Assembly (NCBI GenBank): GCA_001662655.1
Contig: KV460254.1
DNA from: Pseudogymnoascus verrucosus
Lineage: Eukaryota
Length of the DNA stretch: 64,000 bases
Reading direction: 5' to 3' (one strand)
Of this stretch, positions 37,169 through 49,538 are shown in pieces. The notes beneath the pieces are model-generated. The model saw nothing but the letters and a program-made list of their open reading frames with translations. It was not told the DNA's origin and searched no databases. Both the position numbers and the translations under genes were made by a program. The first letter of the stretch is position 1. Each line of letters begins with the position of its first letter.

Positions 37169-37987
37169 GTTCTAAGCATGGGAGGCAGTCTATGCTGTAC
37201 AAGAATTGGATATAGGAATTCGCATGTTGCTGGGAGAGGACGGTCGTATAGGTCGGGGGTGAAGAGGATGGGATTCAGTGGTGGGACGTCGGAAGGCCCG
37301 TTCAGCCTTGTGATAGCGCTCGAGTCCCCGTATACTACTCGTAACCCACAACCAGCTCACGCAGCGTCATGGCGGAGCCTGGCAGAATTGGGCGGTGAGG
37401 CCCAGGGCACAGGGTCGAGTTGAGGGCCAAGGAACGGGGGTCACGTGGGTATGTCATGGGTGGTGGGGGTTTCATGTCAGTTATAGCATTGCATATAACT
37501 AGAGTATTGGAATCGGTTGACCTACCTTTTTATACGATGGAGCAATAAATGACACTGGGTAGTTAAGTTGACAGATGACAACAGTCATGTGACCGGATGT
37601 AACTGTACTACCGAGCATAGCTTCATACTATATTTTGGCGCGAACAGCGCTTTGCGACTTGTCGGAGCCGGAGATACCTGTCGAGGCAGAGTGAGGAGGT
37701 ACAAGTGATTTGTACTCTACACTCCACGGGCCGGGATGTACACTTCTGGCTGTTTGTCTTGTGTGCTGACAACTCAGGTATAGTTACAAGGGGTATATCA
37801 ATGTACGGCACCAGATATCATACTAATATCACGGACTACAAGTACTCGTACATCTATCCAGTAACACACACTTTCGTTGTTTGTACTACGAGAATGGGAA
37901 GATCAAAAGCTTGGCGCTTCTTGGCGCGTCTGTTGTGAGCTGTTAGGCAAGTTTGAGGTCTAGACCCGTTGATCCATGCTAAGATAG

Positions 37988-38068
37988 GGTTATGCCAGGG
38001 TTGTGACAAGGGTTGTGACAGGGGTGCGACAGGTTACGACAGGGATACGACGGGGTTACGGACACGGA
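37988..38068. repeat. Degenerate ~11-bp tandem repeat (GGGTTRYGACA-like)
   Basis: gggttgtgacaagggttgtgacaggggtgcgacaggttacgacagggatacgacggggttacgg. Confidence 0.7.
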
Positions 38069-38269
38069 TCTAGTTGCGGCTCTAGTACAAATTAGCGCAT
38101 TTTACAATACACTAGTATCGAATAGTACTAACCACCACGAACTAGCCCACGCTATCCCCAAAGTACTCATCCTCGAGCTTGACGCGCATAAGCAGTTTAC
38201 TCCATACACGATTTTGACTCGGCTGGAACGCAATCGGCGCGTCCATTGTATGTGTCTAGTGTCTTAGTA

Positions 38270-38318
38270 GTGTCTAAGGTGTCTAAGGCGTCCAAGGCGT
38301 CCAAGGCGTCTAAGGCGC
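38270..38318. repeat. 9-bp tandem repeat GYGTCYAAG, about 5 copies
   Basis: gtgtctaaggtgtctaaggcgtccaaggcgtccaaggcgtctaaggcg. Confidence 0.8.
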
Positions 38319-39164
38319 TCCGACTACCACGAAGGGGGGCATTCCGGGCCTTTCCACTGTGCCGTAGCCATGTCAGTCCCTGTGTGTGTGCCTGTGGGGG
38401 GCATTTATGGCTTGTGGAGGGGCTTTGTGGAGGGGCTTGGGGGCATTCCCATAGCCTTTCCCAAGGCCGATCTGCGGTCTGGCTAAACCAACGGCTAACT
38501 AAAGTCTGCTCTGGTGTGCCACACGCATACCCTATTACTACTACGCCTACTACAAGTCCTCTCTGCTGTGCTTCTCTGTACTCCACTGTACTGTCTTCTA
38601 CCGTGCCATGCCGAATGGGACAACACGCAAGCACAAATATCTACCTCCACTACACTACACACTTCATACCGTGTGCGTGTGCGTGTGCGTGTGCCCGATT
38701 GTTTCTTATTTCTCCCCCATAATATAACTAGAAAAAGGATCAATCATATCGACCTCCGACATCCTGATCCTCTAATACTCCACCCAGGGAGAGCTTCCTC
38801 CTCTCATGCCTGGTAATATGAGCCACAAAGCCTGCACACAAACAACACATCCACGCACTATTGAAATCTGCAACTTGCTGTCGCCAGCCGTCCCATCCGA
38901 TACTTGGATGGACCTTCCTATCTGAAGCCCACCAGCCCTGTATCTGATCCGACTGCAAGAAACCTTCAACCGACAGACATCTATCATCTCATAGACTTCA
39001 CCTTTAATCCTCGGGCCTCGTGATTCTTACTTGCGCCCGTCGACCATCCGAACCACGCTTGATGCATACGATACGCCACAGGAGCCTGCTCGACAGCGCT
39101 GAGGAAAAGAGGCCGTCCTCAGCCCGACAATCACCCGCCTACCAACTCAAAATACAATAACCCT

Positions 39165-41901
39165 ATGCCAGGGTCGCTCCATTCTCGCCTGTCGATGGTG
39201 GTGGGCAACGAAGGCGAGGCCGGAGACGCCATGGCGGGGGAGCCCATCGAACGCGCCAGTCTGTGCCTGCCCGATATCACACGAGGGGTCGTGAGCCACC
39301 AGGGAGAAGATGGGTTTGGCGGCATTCTCAAGCAGTATTATAATACCCCCGAGAACGATGCGCTGGAGAGGCTCGTCCTACTCAAGAAAAGACTCAGAGA
39401 CGCTAACACCCACGATTTTTGGACGGCGCTGTTGAGGGAGGTGTGCGATATTGGACATGCGCAGTGCGGCTTTGTTGCGAAGCCGGCAGACCCGGATCCT
39501 TCGAGTGCAGCTGTGGGAATACCGCTTCTGGGGGACCCGGGGTCGGATATCCTGGGGGTGGGGTTCTACCTCAATAGCGGGGGTGACGTGGACCAGATGC
39601 ATCATAACTACCGATACCATGTGCAGGGCACGTCTTGTATCCATATGCAGAACGACAAGGTGTTCCTCATTCCGGAACGACTGACCGACTTCGTCAAGGA
39701 CGGCTGGGACAAGATGCCGTGGGAGAACGCGGAGGCTTATCTGGGGATACCTATTTCGCATGGAGGGAGTCCGGTCGCCCACTTCGCGATGGTATGGACG
39801 GCCGAAGGCGCGGCAAAGCGAAAATTGAGCTGGGCCTTCCTCGAAATGTTCATGCACGGACTCGAAGACATGATTCTAGAGCGCCTGCTCGAGGACAAAG
39901 GGGCTGCTGAAGAGCCAAAGCGCAAATTACAAGCTTCTACCCGTATTGTGCCCATCGATGCCATTACCGCTTCGCAGACCCTGAAACCGTATGCTCGTAG
40001 TCTTTCGCACGAGCTGAGAAGCCCTATGCAAGGCGTAGTGGGGATGTTGGATATGATGTACTCTACAGTTGTAGACGCCATTGCGAGTCAGATGTATCCA
40101 AAGGCTGCGGCTGTGTTTGAGGAGCTAAAGGCTAATATGGAGACCGCCCAAGGTAAGTCACCAATGTCTGTAAGGCGATAACGGAGTTAATGATGCCACA
40201 GATAGCTCCAAACGCGCTGTTGAAGCTGTTGACAATGTAGTTCACGCATATGATCTCAACATGCAAATGCCAGAGACTCCACTAGATAATAGTGACTCTG
40301 AACTCGCCAACGCTCCAATATTCGCTCCTCTGGCTGACCCTTTCCGACCTGACATCGTTATTGAGGGTTCTGGGATACCACTCGTAGCAGCGACGAATAA
40401 ACGACAAAGAGACGATGAAGTGGGCTTCCACCCTGGCCCTCCAATGAAGAGATTACCATCCATAACGGAGGGAGGCCTGCGTAAAGTATACGACGACTGT
40501 AGCTCACCAACTACGTCTGTTGTCGCAGAAGCCGACGAAACATCAACAGTAGATTTAGACACCACAGAGAGACACCACTTCTCCCAATCACCCTCACCCA
40601 GCTTTCCACTCGCCAGCCCTGACGAAATAATGCGAACTCCAGCCGTATCGCCACCACCCCTCTTCAACAAAAACTTAACCTCCGACCGCCGTCAAATTTC
40701 CACTCGATCATTCATACGAAACCTAGTCGACCAGGCCATAAGAAGCATGCGTCCCGTCGACAAAGTGCGCGTCCCACACAACATGGGCGAGCTGATTTAC
40801 GTCAAAACCGAAGGACCCCGCGGCGACATCGACGAATTAACAATAAACGTCATAGTTAGCCCCGAAACCCCCGAGCGCATCATAACAAAAGAACTGCACC
40901 TCACCTTCGCCGTCATGAAAGTGGTCGACAACGCCATCAAATTCACCCCCAACGGCGAAATCACAATCCACATGCGCCTCTCCCGCAACCGCCAACTCGT
41001 CGAGATAAGCGTCCTCGACACCGGCTGCGGCATCTCCCAGGAATCAAAAGAACACCTCTTCAAACCCCACTTCCAGGAGGACGCAACCATAAGCCGCTCC
41101 CGCGACGGTCTCGGCCTCAGCTTATTCAACGCCAAAGCGCATGTACGACGAAGCTTACGCGGCGAAATGACACTAGAGCGCTCAGCCATCTCAGGACCAA
41201 ATAAAGGGTCTGAATTCCTCATCCGCTTCCCCCTCGAAGTCCACCGCGATCGCGCTTCCTCACTCCCACCAAAGACACCCGCACAACTCATCGCTAGCCC
41301 GTCTATCTCCCCACGCGCCTCCCCGCTACTACAATCCCTCTCCACGAATGGATATGCGAGCTACCCCTCCCCCGGCCTGCCTACCCGTCTATTCACCCCG
41401 ATCCCTCCACCGGCGCTGGTTACTCGGCCTGCGATGAAGAAATCGAGTTTCGATCGCGACCTCGCGAGTCGGATCCCGCTTACTTTTCTCGTAGCGGAGG
41501 ATAACGCCGTGAACCGCAGTATTCTAGTTGGGTTCCTCAAGAAGCTCGGGTACGCTGCTGCGTCTATCTCGATCGCGTTTGATGGCGCAGAGGCGGTGGA
41601 ACAGTATGCGGCGTCGCTGGCCGAGGGGGGGGTGCAGATTGATGCCGTGTTGATGGATTTGTGGATGCCGAATGTGGATGGGTATGAAGCGACGGAGAGG
41701 ATTTTGGAGATGGCTGCTGCAAGGAAGAGGGAGGGGGATGGCGAGGGGCCGGTGGTGTTCGCCGTCTCGGCGGATATCACGAGTGATAGTCTTGCGCGCG
41801 CGAAGGGGGCGGGGATGAGGGGGTTCGTGAGTAAACCGTATCGGGTTATGGATATTCAGAAGTTGATCGTGGAGCATTTTGGGGATCGCGAGGCAAGTTG
41901 A
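39165..41901 (+). CDS. Cytosolic hybrid histidine kinase (GAF-like, HisKA, HATPase, receiver)
   Basis: H-box SLSHELRSPM, N-box VDNAIKFT, G1 DTGCGIS, G2 GLGLSL. Receiver LVAEDN...LMDLWMP..DG...SKP. Intron 40153-40201 joins the two ORFs in frame. Confidence 0.92.
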
Positions 41902-42816
41902 GGTGGGGGTGGGGTGTTTTTTTGCTTAAGGTCAGTCAGTCAGATTGTTAGGGTGGCGTATATGTGTTTTTGGAGTTTGGGAGCGAGGGGGGCGGGGGGA
42001 AAAGGGGGGTGTGGTGGGAGGGGTGGGAGGGGGGTATATGATGGGGGGGTGTTTTCAACGGTAATAGATGAGACGGTCCCGCATTGATGTGGCGTTATGA
42101 GATGAAGCATGACGAGTGATGAACGACGGGCGGGGGGGGGGTGGGAGTTTTTTTTTCTCTAGTGGCTGGCTTGGGAGCGATCGCCTGGGTGGGTTGGGAT
42201 GGAAAATTGGCATATCTAATGTGTGGAAGCTGTCAGCCTATGAGCTGGAGAGAGAGCGTTGGAGAAGAAGAAGGGGGAGGACGAATAATCTCATAAAACT
42301 ATTTTTTTGGAAGCTCTATATAATATAATATATAGGATGGATGGGCTTTACACCTGCATTTTTTGCTCTCAAGTGGAGCAGCTAGCTTATTTGATATAGA
42401 ATCAATAACATCTATTATTCAATTCCCAACTTACTTACTTACTTACTTGCCTACTATATACCCTACTCTACTCTACTATACGTACACCAACCCCGCATCC
42501 CTAACCCATGGTCCCCCTTCTCAGCCACAAGGACCCCTCCTCACTACCCCTCCCTCCCTGGCACCCCGCACCCCACCACATTTCACTTTCCCCAGCTTTC
42601 CCGCCTAGCTGGCGCGCTAAGATTGCGATAAGCCCGACCGTGCGTCACGGTACACGATATCACGACCCCAACCAACTAAATAGTGTTTACCTCAACAGTC
42701 AGTCAGTCACACGAGCACAAACACAACACTACACAATCGGTTTTGCCACCTCACTTCTTACCTCACTTCTACACTTCTGCGGAACCTTACCATGTAACGC
42801 TTCTACTACTGCTAAA

Positions 42817-44172
42817 ATGCACATCCCAACAGCACTCCTCCTCTTATTCTCCACCGCCTACGCAGCTATAGCGGGAGGAAAATCAGAAGGTGATAGGACG
42901 GTATCCCCCGCGCTCTTCGCGGAGCTGGAGGAGGCAGCGAGGTTAGCGGATATAGCGTACTGCGTCGGCATCTCCGGGATCTGGAAACCCTTCGGCTGTC
43001 TTAGCCGCTGCGCCGATTTCCCAGACTTCGAACTCGTCGAGGTAAGGCCCCCCCCCCCCCCTTCTCCCCCCAAAGGAACCCAAGCATATACTAATGATGC
43101 CCGCACGTAGACATGGAACACCGGCCCCCTACGCTCAGATTCATGCGGTTACATCGCCCTCGACCATGCGAAAAAAAGGGTTGTGGTGGCGTTTCGAGGG
43201 ACGTATAGTTTGGCGAGCGTATTGGCGGATTTGGCTACTACGCCGCAGGTTTATGTGCCGTATCCTGAACCGGCCCCTCCTCCACCTTCGAGATCCAAAC
43301 CGCGGGGGTGGTTGGGATGGATTCCCTGGCTCGGCAGGGGCACAAAACAGGATATCATCCTACCGACCGCCGTGGGAGACGGAGATGGAGACACAAAACC
43401 CGTCTGCACGAACTGCACAGTCCACGCCGGCTTCCTCAAGTCCTGGACACACACACGTCCGTTCCTCCTCCCGCACCTAACGCGTCTCGCGGGTGTAGTA
43501 CCGGAGTATGAAACCCACCTCATAGGCCACAGTCTCGGCGGCGCCCTCGCCGCCCTCGCTGGGTTAGAGATGCGCGCCCAGGGTGTGGAGGTGGTCGTTA
43601 CGACGTTTGGAGAGCCGAGGATTGGGAATGTGGGGTTGGTGGGGTATTTGGATTCTGTTTTTGAGCTGGGGACTGGCAGGGATGGGGGGGAAGGAGAGGC
43701 GGCGAGGAAAGGAGAGGATAGGAGGGATGGGGAAAGAGGGGAGGGAGGAAGGTTTAGGAGGGTCACGCATAGGGGTGACCCCGTCCCGCTCCTCCCGCTG
43801 ACGGAATGGGGGTATGCGATGCATGGGGGGGAGATATATATTTCGAGCCCTGGGTTACCGGTTGGGATGGGGGATGTGGAGATGTGTGTTGGGGATGAGG
43901 ATGTGAGGTGTATCGCTGGTGCTGATGAGGGGGGTGTGTTGGATGCGGAGGCGGCGGATGAGACGATTGTGGATGGGAAGGGATGGGGAATCCCAGCGAG
44001 GTTTCGCGTGGGCCAGATTCTATTCGCGCATCGGGATTATTTCTGGAGGGTTGGGCTTTGTGTTCCGGGTGGGGATCCGGCGGGATGGGGGGGGAGGGGG
44101 TGGTATGGTGGAGAGGGGGAGGGAGGACAGGGTGGGAGCGGGAAGGCGGGAGGGGGTGGTGATGAGTTGTAA
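42817..44172 (+). CDS. Secretory-pathway class 3 lipase
   Basis: Signal peptide MHIPTALLLLFSTAYA, ARLADIAYC, VAFRGT, VHAGF, GHSLG, TFGEPRIGN, DPVP, HRDYF. Intron 43042-43110. Ends GDEL*. Confidence 0.92.
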
Positions 44173-44412
44173 GACGATGTCTGGGGGGGCTGATTTGTTA
44201 TATTATGCGGATGAGCGATTGTTTTCTTTTAAACGATCGGAGCTTGGAGGGTTGGCAGGTTGTCGAAGAGTTCGATTTTGGGCGTTTGGAAGGAAAGCAG
44301 GCGTATAGCCCCTGAACACTAGGCGGAGGGGGGGAGAGATTGTATTATTATAACAGCGCACGGAGGAATGTGAAATGATGATCTTGCTAGAGTCTTCTAT
44401 GCATAGATGGGA

Positions 44413-44616
44413 CTAGACTTGGGCTTTATTGGGATTGGTCAACGCAGATGACGACGACTCATACTGGCCGGGCGTTGGGGGGAGGACAGGGTGGGGTGTT
44501 TTGGGTGGAGAAGGGGGGGTATGGAGGACTTGGTATTCCATGGCAAGGCAGCGTGCGAGGGAGATCATCACCGGCTTTGTTGCTGGTGGGTGGGATACGA
44601 ATACCTGGGTGGCCAT
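44413..44616 (-). CDS. Candidate small ORF, 67 aa, Pro-rich
   Basis: acgATGG start context, TATA-like run about 90-110 bp upstream, no recognisable domain. Confidence 0.3.
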   Translation of the reverse strand: MATQVFVSHPPATKPVMISLARCLAMEYQVLHTPPSPPKTPHPVLPPTPGQYESSSSALTNPNKAQV

Positions 44617-46285
44617 CGTTGGTTTGTGAGTACTAATAAAACACCACTTACTCGACAGTACGACGATTTGACACACAGTGGCATTCCACACCGGATCCGC
44701 GTATATTATATATGCGTGTGTATATATATATCCCCGCATATGCACCACCCTCCCCCTCGCCGGTCTGCGCCTTCCGGTCCCATGATAGCCCATGATTACC
44801 CACGACATGCCGCTCTTCCTCCCCGGTACACCAGTTTGCAGTAGCGTATGCACCCTGCCATGCACCGAGTGCCGTAGGATGGGGGGTGGGACAAAGGGAT
44901 CTTGAGCTTGAGCCCTTTATCAGGCAGAGACCGGGCGGCGTGGTGTCTTTCGTCTTTCACATAGGAGCAAGGCTGGGGAGAAGTATGTGGGTTTTGTTTG
45001 ATAACACTTCGTCCTGTGTGTATATATGTTTGTGTATTGATATAAAACACAAATTACATTGCTCCCCTTGGGCAGCAACTAATCAAACGCCTTCAAATAC
45101 CTGTTCTCTGACTTATTTCTCTCGTATCGCACTGTCTTTTTACATCCTTTGATCCACCGTCCCAACGTCATCGACGCACTTCTTTCTTGGCCTTTTCGCC
45201 GCCGTCCCCACTCTTACAGCCTTTCGGTCATCATTGTCATCATTGATCGCCCCCCCGTCTCCGTCTCCCTTCCGTGACCCTGACTTGCGCTGTAGTAGGG
45301 GGATACGAGTACAGACTGAGTCAACAAAGGAAGGCAAAGAAAAGAGCCTCAATTTTCCTTCTCCGGCTGCTCACAAAACTACTTGCTGGGGATATTGTAC
45401 GACTAGATGGACGAGTAGGGGATAGACACATACCATACCATACCCATCCACAGCGCGCCGCAGCCCTCATACCTCAGCCAAAGCTGACACTCACCGGCTT
45501 TTTCTTTGTGGTCACCGTCTCTACTTTACTGATCTGTACTATATTATACAGTACGTGAGGTTTCTTTATTTCTCGCTCTTGGCCTTGTTTACTGTATTAC
45601 TATACAAATATACATATTCGTCCAAGAGAGCGGGGTTGATCAGGCAGCGACAGCCGCACCCGTGCTTCTCTTGCCCATACAAGGTCCTCAATTGATAGTC
45701 ACACAGATACAGAGATACACATACACATACACAGATAAACATTCTCCCAAACTGCATGCAAGTCAAAAACAGCCCTCTCACGGCTTCCTTTTTATTTTAT
45801 TTTCCCATATATAATAATATAATTCCACACGGCTTTGCTCGAGAGCCTCAAACCCCATTTATCTAGCAGAGTATGGCCTCTTCTTCTCCTCATTCTCCCT
45901 CTTGAACTTTCAGGCTCTCATCATCCCCGCCCGACATCCACTCTCTTTTCTCGCCCTTTCCATGGCCCGTGACCCCATGAGAGCTGACGATAAAACCATG
46001 ATTACTAGCTCGCCTGTAGTCAAGGGATAGAAAATTCCTTCACCGAGGAAACTGCTCCACGAAACAAACAGTCTTCTCTTTGAGTATACCCGCGAGCGAG
46101 CGACCGACCGGGACGCTGCATCGCCATCTGTGCGATCCCACAATCCCCAACGACCCTTCATCTCCACCCCTCACCACCCAAACCTCTGCCCAACCTGCAG
46201 CCCTACGAGACACACCCCCCAAACCCGCACGACCCCAACAACCCGCGCACCGCCGCCGCCGCCGCCGCGTCCGCCGCATAAAGCC

Positions 46286-49200
46286 ATGAGCGACCGCCGC
46301 CCACCGCGGCCTCGCTCGCCCGCCATGTACAACCCAGCGCGCGCCTCCGCCCCCAGCATCAATTACGGCAAATACAACGACCTCCACGACCTCCCCGCGC
46401 CGATGCCGCGTCCCGCCGACCGCGGCGCCCCGCCGCCCGTCGTCACGCACTACAAGATCGCGCCGCCGCCGTCTGAGATCCCGCGGTCCGATCCGCGCGA
46501 GGGTAGCAGCCACAGTCGCCGCGCCACGCTGGACTCGAATCCGCGCCCCGTCATCGTCACGGCCGATGCGCGATACCCGGGAGCCGCTCAGGGCGGGGGA
46601 GGACCTGCGAGTCCGGTGCGCGATAATTACCGCTCGAGTCAGGAGAATGATGTGTATACGATTCCGTCGTCGTCGACGAGGCGGGGGGATTATCGACGGG
46701 GGCAGTACAATATGTCGGTGGATAATGCGGATATAAGTGGTAGTCTGGATAGGGAGAGTGGGAAGGACCGTCTCATGCGTGTTGGGAGCGGGAGGGAGGG
46801 AGCTATATACCCCCGCTCCCGACCGATTCACTCAGACACCTTGGTGCGCGTCCCGGACAACGTGGCGGATTACGGGGACAATGATTACGGTTACACGAAC
46901 CCTAGAGACCTGGTCCAGTACGACCTTGACCTCGACCGAGCCCCACGCCGCCGCCCACGCCGCGAAAGCTATGAGGCTTCGCGCTCGAGTCGCCCTTCCA
47001 GCATCTCGAGCTACGGCGACATCACACGCTCCTACGAGCCCCGAGAGCGCGAGCGCGAACGCGGACCCCCGCCTTCCTCGCGCGGCTTCGACAAGATTCC
47101 CCCACCGCGCGGCCCCGTCTACGATGCAGGCGGAATGCACATGCCCATGCCCCACGAGCACCTCTCCTCCTTCGGAGCCCCCTACGCATCCGACTCCCAG
47201 GAGCGACGGAGCTCGACGCGCCGCCCGGTATCTGTATATAACGAGGAGCCGGAGAGGAGGAAGTACGCCGCAGACGCGTACGATATGTCTGAAGACGAGA
47301 TGAGGGACCGGCGCCCAAGACGCACGGATACGTTTGATGAGGGGATTGAGACGAGGGGGTTTGGGATTCGGGCTGAGGTGCCGCCTGTGCCGGCGGCGCC
47401 GGTGCCGGAGAGGGTGGATAGGAGCGAGAAGCATGAGTATGAGAGGGCGGAGAAACATGAGAAGGGCGAGAGGGGCGAGAGGGAGGAGGTGGAGTATGAG
47501 AGGCGGCATGGACATGAGGAGCGGAAGCATGGGCATGATGACCGGAAACATGGGAAGGAGGCTGTGGCGGCGGGGTTGAGTGTTGCGGCTGCTGCGCTGG
47601 GGTTGGGTGCGATGAAGGGGGGGAGGGAGGAGGAGAGGGAGAGGGAGGAGAGGGAAAGGAGGAGGGGGAGGGATAGTGATGAGGAGCGGAGAAGACGGCG
47701 GGAGAAGGAGGAGGAGCAGGTTGATTTGGGTGGTCGTGATCATGGCGAGCGCAGGAGGGAGAGGGATAGTGACGAGGAGCGCCGACGACGCCGCGAGAAG
47801 GAGGATGAAGCGGTAGATTTGTCTAGCCGCGACCATGTGGATCGCAGGAGAGAAAGGGATAGTGACGAGGAGCGCCGACGTCGCCGCGAGGTGAAGAACG
47901 AAGACCCCGTCGTGAACCTAACAGGCCGCGACCCCGTCGAGCGACTACCCCCCCGACCCGAAAAAGTCCCTCGCGACGACTCTGACGTAGAATCTCGCAG
48001 GCGTCGAGAGAAGGAAAAGCCCTACCGCGAGGACATCGATAAAGACTACCGTCGGCGCGACGAAAAGGAGCCCACCTCCTCCGATAAAGACCAGCCCCCA
48101 CCAATCGTCGACCTCAACGGCCGCAACCCCGTCGAGAAGCCCGTCTACAAAGAAGACCTCTCCCACCGCGAGCCCGTCATCGAAATCCCCGACCGGCGGA
48201 GACACAACCACCACTCTCCCTCCCCGCCGACGTCGCGCCACGACTCCCGCGCCTCCCCGCCTACAATCGACACTTTCGCGCCGCGCTCTCGCAAGGATAG
48301 GATTCGCACGGATGAATCGAATATTTCGTCCCCTACGACTTTTAATGCGAAGGATGCGATGGATTTGAGAGCGTTACGAGAGGCGCTGAATAGTAAGGAT
48401 AAAGACCCTTCCCCGCCACCCATCCCGCCTAAGGAACCCCTGCGGGAGAATGAGCGCGAGAGAGAGCGCGATCGCCCATCCCGCGAATCGACGGACCTAC
48501 CACTTCGCGACGGCGCACGGAACAGGGACAGCGCCACCGCATCACGCGAATCCACCGATCTCCCCCTCCGCGACGCACCTCGGCCCCGGGATACTGACCG
48601 AGACCGCCCCTCGCGTGAATCTACCGACCTCCCCCCCCGCGACGCCACTCGCCGCGACCCCGACGTCCCTCGGCCCCGAGACACCGACCGAGACCGCCCC
48701 TCCCGCGAATCCACCGACCTCCCCCCCCGTGACCCCACCCGCTCCCAAACAAGCGAACGCTTCGACCCCCGCGACCCCCGCGACCTAGCCAGCATCCGCG
48801 CAGAACTAAGCCGCGCCTCCGCCTCCGCCTCCGCCCCTGTCCCGGCCCCCCCGGCCCCCCGCGAACGCCGCTCCAGCTCCTCCCACAGCACCGAGCGGCG
48901 CACGGGCCCCCGCCTCGTATCCCCCCCTCGCCCATCATCCGGGAAAGCCGAGGATGCGAGGCCGGTGAAGGGGATTCTGAAGCCTGGGCGGCAGAAGTGG
49001 CCTGAGGATCCTACGCCGATACGGGAGGGTGTGGCGCCGTTGAAGGATGCGAAGAGGGATGGGGGGGTGCCGGCGGATGCAAGGTGGACGAAGATTAGTC
49101 GGAAGCTTGTGAATCCGGAGGCGTTGGAGAGGGGGAGGGAGAGGTATGAGGCGAGGGAGGAGTTTGTGATCGTGTTGAGGGTGTTGAGTAAGGAGGAGGT

Positions 49201-49538
49201 GCAGGGGTATGCGACGGAGACGCAGAGTATTAGGGGTTAGTTACCCCCCCCCCTTTGTTATGGTCCTAGGATCACTACATTAACTATGCTGTTCGCATAT
49301 ACTGACTGAACCAGCTGCCCGCGAAGCCGAAGACGAGGACCGCGATGACCGCCGGAGGAGGAGAAAAGAGCGCCATGAGCGACATCGCCGCGAACGCCAT
49401 CATCGCGAGGATCGTGATGAGGGGGAGGACTATGATTATGAGCGCCGGAGACATAGGAGGGAGAGGGAGAGGGAGTATGAGAGTCATTCGGAGAGCGATA
49501 CTAGTGAGGATGAGAGAGTTAGTAGGAGGAGGGATTAA
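46286..49538 (+). CDS. Large Arg/Glu/Asp/Pro-rich protein with internal repeats and a compact C-terminal domain
   Basis: Probable start MSDRRPPR. C-terminal KGILKP...REGVAPLK...ARWTKISRKLVNPEAL...FVIVLRVLSKEEVQ. Intron about 49236-49314 leads into a charged last exon ending TAA 49536-49538. Confidence 0.8.

Noticed and set aside
39165..41901. Histidine kinase as two separate genes
   Set aside because: Intron 40153-40201 joins the ORFs in frame.
46832..48903. Long minus-strand ORFs (334 aa, 252 aa)
   Set aside because: Antisense to a low-complexity GC-rich CDS.
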